DNA of 64,000 nucleotides, from positions 2,810,009 to 2,874,008 of the forward strand of contig OY776215.1 in assembly GCA_963675495.1 (NCBI GenBank), read 5' to 3'. Shown in pieces: positions 21,624 to 29,755 of this stretch. The stretch is from an uncultured Methanolobus sp. Lineage in GTDB: Archaea > Halobacteriota > Methanosarcinia > Methanosarcinales > Methanosarcinaceae. Each line of letters begins with the position of its first letter. The first letter of the stretch is position 1. The translations under genes were made by a program, and so were the position numbers. The notes under the pieces are model-generated. The model saw only the letters and a program-made list of their open reading frames with translations, searched no databases and was not told the origin of the DNA.

Positions 21624-22916
21624 ATGAGGCAGCGAATAGTTCTGTTCATTGGACTGGCTGTGCTATTACTAATTTCCTGCGTTGTTGCAGGAGCACAGTC
21701 AGATGAAATTGAATGGTTGGATGCCCAGGAATATACTCTTTATTGGGGAGATGAGATTAACCATAGTGGTTATCTCATAACTGCTTCTGACTTTTCCCCT
21801 GCAAAACCAACGGATAATGAAAATGACTACGTAATGCTCACGGTATCAAGCATTTACCATGATTCGTGGGGTGCAATATTAGCTAACAATACCGAGATAT
21901 CCAATAACAGTGTTTTTGATGACAGGCTTAACATAACAGCTCTTGAAATTATCACTGGCAATGATATCCCTGCTCCTTATACTACTCTTAATGTTGCTAT
22001 TTCTAATTCCACCGGTTCTTTACCTGTTAAAATGACATGGATGGATGCAACACTTGAATTTGAAGACCGGATGAGCAATGAAGTGTATATTGATGAAAGA
22101 GCTCATTTCTCAATGAAAATAAAGAACTTGAAAGAAATCTCTCTGGAATCTGTGAGTATCAATGAATTTATTCCCTCAGAATTTGTTTTTGATCCTGACT
22201 CTGATATAAAATGGAATCTTTCGTTTGACCCGTATGAAACAAAGACATTGGAATATTCATTAAAAGCTTTGAGACCGGGAACTTACAAGTTCAATGGGAC
22301 CATAATCACAGTTGAACATGAGGGAAGGACTTATTCCAAAGAGCTGAATTCTTCAAATCTGACCGTTCACGGTCCATTCATAAGTATAAATAAGTCCATC
22401 TCCAATAGTAATGTTCTCTTAAATGACCAGGTGAATATCTCTCTGGATATCAGCAATGAAGGGGATAGGGCAGCTCATGTGGCTATTTCAGACCAATTAC
22501 CTATAGGTGCTGTTCTTGTTTCCAGTAATACTGGCATGGACAGTGTTCTTCGTTCAGGCGCCAACATTTCACTTGATTATTCAGTACGAATGGAAAAGTT
22601 AGGGGACATTGTTATACCTGCAGCCCAGGTTAAGTTTGTGGATTCAAAGGAATATGAAGGAATAATTTATTCTGAAAAACAGATAATGCATGTCCTAAGT
22701 CCTGGTGACACAACATCTTCTGATGTTTATGGCTATCAGGATTATCTTGATGAAACTTCATATGACGAAGAATACCCGGAGTACGTGGATGATGTTGTTG
22801 AAACAGATGAAAGTGTTCCTGATGAAAGCGAAGATCATGGAAAGGTCCAATTCTTATATGACATTCTGGATTCAATAAGTGGGTTCCTGAAGAATACCAA
22901 AGACAAAATACTATAA
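21624..22916 (+). CDS. Secreted BatD/DUF11-like protein, paralog of the upstream gene
   Basis: Signal peptide and motifs shared with the upstream gene (DEIEW..TL.WG, GP.I...K, A..FVD..EY.G). No PGF tail. Confidence 0.8.
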   Translation: MRQRIVLFIGLAVLLLISCVVAGAQSDEIEWLDAQEYTLYWGDEINHSGYLITASDFSPAKPTDNENDYVMLTVSSIYHDSWGAILANNTEISNNSVFDDRLNITALEIITGNDIPAPYTTLNVAISNSTGSLPVKMTWMDATLEFEDRMSNEVYIDERAHFSMKIKNLKEISLESVSINEFIPSEFVFDPDSDIKWNLSFDPYETKTLEYSLKALRPGTYKFNGTIITVEHEGRTYSKELNSSNLTVHGPFISINKSISNSNVLLNDQVNISLDISNEGDRAAHVAISDQLPIGAVLVSSNTGMDSVLRSGANISLDYSVRMEKLGDIVIPAAQVKFVDSKEYEGIIYSEKQIMHVLSPGDTTSSDVYGYQDYLDETSYDEEYPEYVDDVVETDESVPDESEDHGKVQFLYDILDSISGFLKNTKDKIL

Positions 22917-22993
22917 AGCACATTCTTAATTCTGACTTCTAATATTTTGGCCAATTGCCTTTGTTCCATTTATGATATCTGTGGGATGCTTTC

Positions 22994-23986
22994 ATGACAA
23001 TACCCAATGAAAATGATAAAAGACCTTCGTTGATCCTTACACATGGTGATTCGGATGGTGTCTGTTCAGGTGCTATTGCAAAGAGTGCCTATCCTGATTC
23101 AGATGTCTATTTTACATCGCCTATAGGTGTACTGGATGAACTGCATCTTGCCGATGGGTATGAAAATGTGATAATATGCGATATTGCTGTTGATGAAAGC
23201 AAGTGTATTGACCTTTTCAAACGACTTGGGGAAATTGCGGAGAATTCAAATCTTACATATATCGATCATCATCCCTTACCTGAGAAATGTATAACTGCCG
23301 ACTGGCTGCATCATGACCTGACCGTCTGTGCATCGGAACTAACATATAAGGTTCTTGAGAAAAGATTGAGCCGGGATATGCGCAGGGTAGCTATATACGG
23401 TGCCATAGGGGACTATTATGACAATACTCCGTCTGTAAAAGAATGGCTGCGTGATTGGGATAAGAGGAGTTTGTTCTTTCAGGCAGGAACACTTATCCAG
23501 GCACTTATCTATGCAGGCAGGAATTATGATTTCAAAAGGAAACTGCTTTTACCATTATCACAGGATAAGATCCCCACAGAGATTCCGAATGTGCTCAAAT
23601 ATGCAAAAGAAGGTGCAGATCTTGAGGAAAAACTGCGTATCCATGTAAAGAAAGAGGTCAGAACGCTTGAGAACCTGGCATATGTAGTGGACCCTAACGG
23701 TTATATGTCAAAATCTGCTATATACGCTGCTTCTTACGGAAGAAAAGATGTGGGCATTTCGGCTGAGTACAGGCATAAGCGACATGCATACGATATGAGT
23801 ATGCGCTCGCGGGATACAGTGGACCTGAACGTACTCTTACGTTGCATAGCACCAAAGTTTGGTGGTAGTGGTGGCGGCCATGCAGCTGCTGCAGGTGCGA
23901 GGATACCTAAGGAATCTTTTAAAGCATTCCTCCGTGAGTTCGATAAGGCCATCGGAAATGAAAAACGTAAGGTTAAAGTGGATTAA
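22994..23986 (+). CDS. DHH/DHHA1 phosphoesterase
   Basis: THGDSDG, ICDI, YIDHH, GGGHAAAAGA. Confidence 0.9.
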   Translation: MTIPNENDKRPSLILTHGDSDGVCSGAIAKSAYPDSDVYFTSPIGVLDELHLADGYENVIICDIAVDESKCIDLFKRLGEIAENSNLTYIDHHPLPEKCITADWLHHDLTVCASELTYKVLEKRLSRDMRRVAIYGAIGDYYDNTPSVKEWLRDWDKRSLFFQAGTLIQALIYAGRNYDFKRKLLLPLSQDKIPTEIPNVLKYAKEGADLEEKLRIHVKKEVRTLENLAYVVDPNGYMSKSAIYAASYGRKDVGISAEYRHKRHAYDMSMRSRDTVDLNVLLRCIAPKFGGSGGGHAAAAGARIPKESFKAFLREFDKAIGNEKRKVKVD

Positions 23987-23987
23987 A

Positions 23988-24614
23988 ATGGCAAAAAAAG
24001 TAGATGATTTTGAAGGTGTGAATTTTGAGATACTTTTTGCGGGAAGATCAAACGTAGGTAAATCTTCCGTTCTAAAGCAGATCACAGGAAAGAATGTCAA
24101 GGTGGGCAAACGCCCCGGAGTGACACTAAAACCTACTCACATACGTTATTCTGATCTCTTGCTCACAGACCTGCCCGGGTTCGGGTTCATGAGCGGTGTG
24201 AAGGATCGTAAACAGGATATTGTCAAAGACCAGATCGTGCGTTATATTGAGACAAATGCAGAAAGAGTTAGTATTGCCGTACTGGTCATTGACGGTGCGA
24301 CTTTCCTTGATATTGTGCAGCGATGGGAAGATCGGAACGAAATCCCCATCGATGTTGAAATATTCGAGTTGTTCAAAGAACTTGGTATCGATATTATCCT
24401 GGCGGTCAATAAGACTGACAAGATAGGGGAAAATGAACTTGATTCAACTCTGGATGGGATATGCGATAAACTTGAAATGCTGCCACCTTGGAAGCAGTGG
24501 ATCGATACTGTGGCCCCTATCTGTGCTAAAAAAGGCGATATCAAATCCCTGAAATCACTTATCAGGCAGAGGTTGCATAGTGTTAAAAGAGATGACCTGT
24601 TCAAATATATCTAA
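23988..24614 (+). CDS. engB: GTP-binding protein EngB
   Basis: GRSNVGKS, GKRPGVT, DLPGFG, NKTD, PPWKQW. ATG at 23988. Confidence 0.92.
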   Translation: MAKKVDDFEGVNFEILFAGRSNVGKSSVLKQITGKNVKVGKRPGVTLKPTHIRYSDLLLTDLPGFGFMSGVKDRKQDIVKDQIVRYIETNAERVSIAVLVIDGATFLDIVQRWEDRNEIPIDVEIFELFKELGIDIILAVNKTDKIGENELDSTLDGICDKLEMLPPWKQWIDTVAPICAKKGDIKSLKSLIRQRLHSVKRDDLFKYI

Positions 24615-24624
24615 GGTCTGAATT

Positions 24625-25242
24625 TTATCTTGCCCTGAAAGAAGCACCTATATCGGTTGCTATTCTTTCACATTCCTTGATGTCAATGTCCGGTTGGGTG
24701 ACAACGGTCATACGGGTCTTGATCCCGACATCAACTGCTTTTTTTGTAAAGTCAAGGAGTGCCTTGTATGAACCTTCAAATTCAGGTTTGCACAACTGAT
24801 TGTATTTCTCTTCCGATTCTGCATTGAGGCTCACAGAAACCGCATCAAGACCTGCTTCTTTCAATTCCGTGACAACATCCCTGCCAGGCTGCATGAGTGC
24901 TGCGTGACCGTTTGTATCCAGCCTGACATGTTTTCCCTTTTTGTGTAGCCAGCTGGTTATGTGAAGAACTGTATCAAATCTGCATGTTGGCTCGCCAAAC
25001 CCGGTAAAAACAACTTCATTATACTTTGTAAGGTCAAGATTTTCCAGCTCTTTTATGACCTCGTCTTCAGAAGGTTCTCTTGAAAGACGAAGGTTGTAAC
25101 CGTAAACCCCGTCGCAGGTTTCCCGGATGCAAAAAACACAATTTGCACTGCACTGGTTTGTTATGTTTAGATAAAGATTGCCATATGCTTCATAAGTAAT
25201 TGTATCTTTGAGCATAGGAATACTGCTGTCAGTGTCTGGCAT
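24625..25242 (-). CDS. TatD-associated radical SAM protein
   Basis: LYLNITNQCSANCVFC, EVVFTGFGEPT, RLDTNG, VSVSLNA. Confidence 0.9.
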   Translation of the reverse strand: MPDTDSSIPMLKDTITYEAYGNLYLNITNQCSANCVFCIRETCDGVYGYNLRLSREPSEDEVIKELENLDLTKYNEVVFTGFGEPTCRFDTVLHITSWLHKKGKHVRLDTNGHAALMQPGRDVVTELKEAGLDAVSVSLNAESEEKYNQLCKPEFEGSYKALLDFTKKAVDVGIKTRMTVVTQPDIDIKECERIATDIGASFRAR

Positions 25243-25261
25243 TTGTGTTCTCCTGCTATTT

Positions 25262-25615
25262 TTACCTTGTCCAGCTCCCATTAGGGAGTAGTTCGTAGTT
25301 AATTGCTGGCACATTTTTGAGGAAGTACATCAGTGCTTTGGTGCCGTTTTCAAGTTCTACTTCTTCTCTGAAGTACCATTCACCTTCATATTCATCCAGA
25401 ATTTCAAGGGTACGTGGGGAGATTTCATATACTTCCCCATATATCGATGAACTTGATTGTGATGTCTTTTTATCTTTCAGGACACCGGGGAAGCGTCCAA
25501 GATCGATCATGGTGTATTTTTCTATTGTCCTTGTTGTGCAGATATATCTGGAACCATTCAGTAATTGATGGTTCGAATCTCCTTTTTTAAGAGTGCCGTA
25601 TACGAAGATGTGCAT
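25262..25615 (-). CDS. Gamma-glutamylcyclotransferase (AIG2-like)
   Basis: IFVYGTLK, GEVY, LDEYEG. Confidence 0.9.
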   Translation of the reverse strand: MHIFVYGTLKKGDSNHQLLNGSRYICTTRTIEKYTMIDLGRFPGVLKDKKTSQSSSSIYGEVYEISPRTLEILDEYEGEWYFREEVELENGTKALMYFLKNVPAINYELLPNGSWTR

Positions 25616-26806
25616 TTAACTGAGTCCCACGTTCAGTTTCAATAATTTTTTTCTGACAGGTTCGGGAAGCTGTCCGCACTGGATAGCTTTCATCTGCTCA
25701 GGACTTATCATTTTGATGGCTGTGGACATAAGCCTGTCGGAAAGCATTAGCCTGTCCATTAGTTTGCGGACGTAGACTGCAGTTTTGATCTCAAGTCCCA
25801 TTTGCTGGCGCCACCGTGTTTCGTATTCCTGGAGCTGGCATTTGCCTTCAAGGAATTCAGCAGCAGTCTCACCTGCAAGTTTGCCTCCAACCATTGCTGT
25901 TGATATACCGCCTCCATTGGTTGCGATTATATGACCGGCCGCGTCACCTGCAAGTAGTGTGTTATGATTTGCAGTTACTTTTGGTGCTCCGCCCACCGGA
26001 ACAAGTCCTGCTACTATTGAAGTGATCGATGCGCCACTGAGTTTTTCGCTGGCTATGGGGTGTTTGTACATGAAGCGTTCGAGATAGTCCCTGGCACAGA
26101 GATGTTGTTCAAAGAGTGCTTCCCTGATACCTACACCGATGTTTGCAGTATCTCCTCCCTGGGATATTATCCATGCATATCCGCCGGGAACATAGTCTTT
26201 TCCAAAGTACATTTCTACGGCATCCTTGTCGACGTCTACGCCACCAAGTTCATACTCAAATGCTATGCCAGTTCCCATGGGGTCATCATCACGCAGCATG
26301 TTGTTGGCTTTTGCTACGATGGAATTGGGGCCATCGGCTCCTATGATGATCTTGCCTTCTACATCGAATTCACCGAATGCCCCGTCCATGAAGAGTTTTG
26401 TGCCATCTACTTCGGTGACGTTCGTCCCGATCAGTAGATGTGCGCCTGCTTTGCCTGCTTCTTTTGCCAGGTGTTTGTCAAAGCGTCTTCTGTCAATGGC
26501 ATCGGCGTCCACATCAAAACCTTTGGATATACCATTTGGTGCTATAAAACGCTGGTATGAGGCTGTTGCATGTATGCAGTTCGGAGGTATCTCTTCAAGG
26601 GTGACAGGCAGTTCTGCGTTTGGCACGAGTTCCTGCAGGATTGGATAATGGGGAAGAAAACCTCCGCATTGCAGTGGTACTCCTATGTCCTTCTTCTTTT
26701 CCACCAGAAGTACGGACAGGTCTTTTTCAGCTGCGTACATGGCTGCTGTGGAGCCGGCTGGTCCTGCCCCCACAACGATGATGTCATATGAGTCTTCAGG
26801 TTTCAT
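25616..26806 (-). CDS. Geranylgeranyl reductase family flavoprotein
   Basis: VVGAGPAG, IIGADG, PGGYAWI, GDAAG. Confidence 0.9.
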   Translation of the reverse strand: MKPEDSYDIIVVGAGPAGSTAAMYAAEKDLSVLLVEKKKDIGVPLQCGGFLPHYPILQELVPNAELPVTLEEIPPNCIHATASYQRFIAPNGISKGFDVDADAIDRRRFDKHLAKEAGKAGAHLLIGTNVTEVDGTKLFMDGAFGEFDVEGKIIIGADGPNSIVAKANNMLRDDDPMGTGIAFEYELGGVDVDKDAVEMYFGKDYVPGGYAWIISQGGDTANIGVGIREALFEQHLCARDYLERFMYKHPIASEKLSGASITSIVAGLVPVGGAPKVTANHNTLLAGDAAGHIIATNGGGISTAMVGGKLAGETAAEFLEGKCQLQEYETRWRQQMGLEIKTAVYVRKLMDRLMLSDRLMSTAIKMISPEQMKAIQCGQLPEPVRKKLLKLNVGLS

Positions 26807-26957
26807 GTCTGGTTTTTAAGTTGATCAGATGTGGGTATTTCACCGGGTGATGTTGCACCCGTGGGTCTTTTGCCTATGTTTCAATATGCTTATCACAAAA
26901 CACATTCTATTAGATATATCTAACTATTATCTAATATTATCCATTATGGTGAGATAT

Positions 26958-27698
26958 ATGGTACACGAACACAGGAACAATGTATGGGTAGTACGGACAG
27001 GTTATTGTGATGAGCAGGAAAAAATCTGCATTAAAAGAGATTTCATTTCATTTGACCTGAACATGCATGTTACGGACCTGTTCGGGAACGAGCTTATGGA
27101 TATGAAGCACCAGCCTCCAAATTACAAGAAGTATATGCATTTTGGGGATAAGTACCGGGATTTTGACCAGAGGTTTAGAAAAGAGTTCGATGATGCCATT
27201 AAAAATATGGATTGTTCTGCAGATAGGCCTGAAGTAGTGAAGAAGATGAAGCGGCTTAACAGTAAGCTTGAGAAGTTTGATGAGGAGGTGAAGCAGTTCG
27301 ATGCTACTATGCATAAGTTCGACGAGTTTGAAAGAATAGAGCAGATGAAAAAAGCCCTGCTTGCCAGACTCAGTTCACCTCCTGATGACCTGCTTGAGAT
27401 CTGGGCTAAGGATATGCTGCATTTTATCAAAGATATAAGGATTTATGATCTCATTGTCATTCCTCTGATGAGTGTCAAACAGGTGGCAATTGGCAGGGTT
27501 CGGGATAATTACAAGTACCGGGAAGGCAAAGGCGTCCTGAGCCATAGTAGAAAGATGGATTGGCATGATACCAGAGTCCCTTTTGAGAATATGTTCTTCG
27601 GTTTTGAGGAGATACTGGAGTCAAAGTCATCGATAACACTTCTTGATGATGATGCCAGGGATTTTGTCCAGGGTATTGTTGTAGATGAGACTTTCTGA
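26958..27698 (+). CDS. Hypothetical protein resembling the N-terminal domain of COG4127/Mrr-like proteins, with a coiled-coil insert and no nuclease domain
   Basis: VWVVRTG...FISF, IRIYDLIVIP..VAIGRV..Y.YR..HSRKMDW. GGTGAG RBS before ATG 26958. Confidence 0.55.
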   Translation: MVHEHRNNVWVVRTGYCDEQEKICIKRDFISFDLNMHVTDLFGNELMDMKHQPPNYKKYMHFGDKYRDFDQRFRKEFDDAIKNMDCSADRPEVVKKMKRLNSKLEKFDEEVKQFDATMHKFDEFERIEQMKKALLARLSSPPDDLLEIWAKDMLHFIKDIRIYDLIVIPLMSVKQVAIGRVRDNYKYREGKGVLSHSRKMDWHDTRVPFENMFFGFEEILESKSSITLLDDDARDFVQGIVVDETF

Positions 27699-27837
27699 TA
27701 ATTATTAGCTATTTTCCTTCTTCTTTTTTATTTTGCTGGCAAAAGATTCTTAAAGGCATATGAGTATAGCGAGCAGGTAATTTCATTCATAGATTTCGTT
27801 AATAAATCTAACTATTAATCTAATAACTAATATTGAG

Positions 27838-28602
27838 TTGATCGATTTGGCAATTGAGAAAGGCGATTTCATAAAAATAAACTATACCGGTAAGTTCAAT
27901 GAAGGACAGATCTTTGACACAACCGATGAACAGCTTGCAAAAGACAACGGTATCTTCAATCCACGCGGTGCTTACGGCGGAGATGTTGTTATTGTAGGCT
28001 CCGGCCACACCATCAAAGGTCTTGATGAGGATTTCGAAGGCAAGGATGTAGGATATTCCGGTTCTATTACCATAGCTCCTGAGAAGGCATTCGGTCCACA
28101 CAACCCTGCACTTGTAGAGACAGTTTCCATTACAAAGCTCACTGAGCAGTTCAAAGACCAGAAGCCATATCCGGGAATGCCTGTGGAAATTAACGGAAAA
28201 CGTGGTGTCATTGCTCAGATCATTGGCCGCAGAGTACGTGTAGACCTCAACCATGCTCTTGCAGGTAAGGAAGTCGAATACGAATACACCATCGAAGAGA
28301 AGATCGAGGACAGAATCGCTAAGGCACAGGGCCTTCTTTCACTCTACACCGGTATGCCTGAGATCGAGGTAGAAGTAACTGATGAGGTTATCAGAGTATT
28401 TACTCCTATAGAGCTTGGATTCAACCAGAGATGGATGGTCTCAAAAATGACCATCGCAAGCGAACTTATTGACAAGCTCGGCATCCCTAACCTTGAATAT
28501 GTTGAGAAACACCCATATGTTCCTCCAACAGCTGAGGTAGAGGAAGTCGCAGAAGAGCCAGAAGCTCCTGCAGAAGAAGAAGCTGAAGCTACAGAGGAAT
28601 AA
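27838..28602 (+). CDS. slyD: Long-type archaeal FKBP peptidyl-prolyl isomerase (SlyD-like)
   Basis: GDFIKINYTG..GQIFDTT, PEKAFG, RVRVDLNHALAGK. Confidence 0.92.
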   Translation: MIDLAIEKGDFIKINYTGKFNEGQIFDTTDEQLAKDNGIFNPRGAYGGDVVIVGSGHTIKGLDEDFEGKDVGYSGSITIAPEKAFGPHNPALVETVSITKLTEQFKDQKPYPGMPVEINGKRGVIAQIIGRRVRVDLNHALAGKEVEYEYTIEEKIEDRIAKAQGLLSLYTGMPEIEVEVTDEVIRVFTPIELGFNQRWMVSKMTIASELIDKLGIPNLEYVEKHPYVPPTAEVEEVAEEPEAPAEEEAEATEE

Positions 28603-28744
28603 TCTTCCTCTTTTTACTTCACTCTTATATATCACCTCCACAACAATTACATAAATTCACAAAATCAAGACGAATTACCGTCAAATATCGATTTTGAATC
28701 AAAAACCTTATATCTTAAGTTGTTATTTAGAAACCATCCGACAT

Positions 28745-28830
28745 GCTGAGGTAGCCAAGTGGACTACGGCGCCGGTCTTGAAAACCGGTAGTGCTAACGC
28801 GCTGCAAGAGTTCGAATCTCTTCCTCAGCG
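28745..28830 (+). tRNA. tRNA-Ser (anticodon TGA)
   Basis: Acceptor GCTGAGG/CCTCAGC, anticodon arm CCGGT-CTTGAAA-ACCGG, long variable arm, T-arm AAGAG-TTCGAAT-CTCTT, discriminator G. CCA not encoded. Confidence 0.96.
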
Positions 28831-28868
28831 TCGAAATCTTTTTTACATTATGTAAGGGTAAGATTGTT

Positions 28869-29048
28869 GTGGACCTTAAGGACATTGTCATCATAGCATT
28901 AGTTCTCTTAATAGTGCTTGCTATTCTAAATAGTGTACTTGCTTTGTTTGCTATTGCAATACGACTACTGGTTAGTTTAATGTATCTCATTTTTGTTGTA
29001 GCCTTAGTAGCTGCTATCTTGCTTTTCATAACGAAGATGTTTAAATAA
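28869..29048 (+). CDS. Small two-TM hydrophobic protein (59 aa)
   Basis: GTG start, MDLKDIVIIALVLLIVLAIL...; this is the 3' part of track ORF 28791-29048. Confidence 0.55.
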   Translation: MDLKDIVIIALVLLIVLAILNSVLALFAIAIRLLVSLMYLIFVVALVAAILLFITKMFK

Positions 29049-29241
29049 GACAAAATGTCTGTTTTTTAAAGGTCGTTTTTTTTATATTTCATTCGAATTA
29101 TCTTGAAAGCTTTTAATAAGGTCATATCCAATTTCACGTTTGTATACTTCAACAATATTCCTATTATGGTCATTGTTTTTCAGGAATAAATGCTATATCA
29201 GTAAAGAGAACATACTAAATGGATAAACAGAGGTGAAATAT

Positions 29242-29472
29242 ATGAGGGAATTCAGCAAAGAAGAACTTTCAAAGTATGACGGCAAACAGAAAAAAGAAAT
29301 ATATGTTGTTTACTCTGGAAAGGTTTATGATATGACTGATAGTGGCTCATGGGGGGATGGGGAACACTACGATCATGAAGGTGGCCTTGATCTTACAGAA
29401 CAAATGGATGAGTCGCCACACGGAGAAGAGGTTTTTGAAGGGTATGAAGTCGTTGGAACCCTTATGGACTGA
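29242..29472 (+). CDS. Cytochrome b5-like heme/steroid-binding protein
   Basis: FSKEELSKYDG, GKVYDMT..W..GEH..H.GG.DLT...SPHG. GAGGTG RBS before ATG 29242. Confidence 0.88.
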   Translation: MREFSKEELSKYDGKQKKEIYVVYSGKVYDMTDSGSWGDGEHYDHEGGLDLTEQMDESPHGEEVFEGYEVVGTLMD

Positions 29473-29755
29473 AATGGGTGAGAATTTATCAGTTTATAGA
29501 GAAACCATCATTTATTCTTTTTTAACCCAATTTACCATGGTGTATGCACTTGCATCTTTTGTTAAAAGAAAATGTATTTTTTAGTTTTAATTTTTGATTA
29601 AACAATTAACGTATGGCACTATCGTCTAATTTAGTATAATGCGGTATTCATCTCTGATCAGGCAGAAGAAGCACATCGTGATTTTTTGAGAAGTATGAAA
29701 AACTTCCATCGAAAGTTTTCTTAAAATGAAAGCTAGAATGAATTTTCTTATTTAT

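Noticed and set aside
29610-29724. Protein-like fragment (AVFISDQAEEAHRDFLRSMKNFHRKFS*)
   Set aside because: It has no start codon, upstream stops and no identifiable family.
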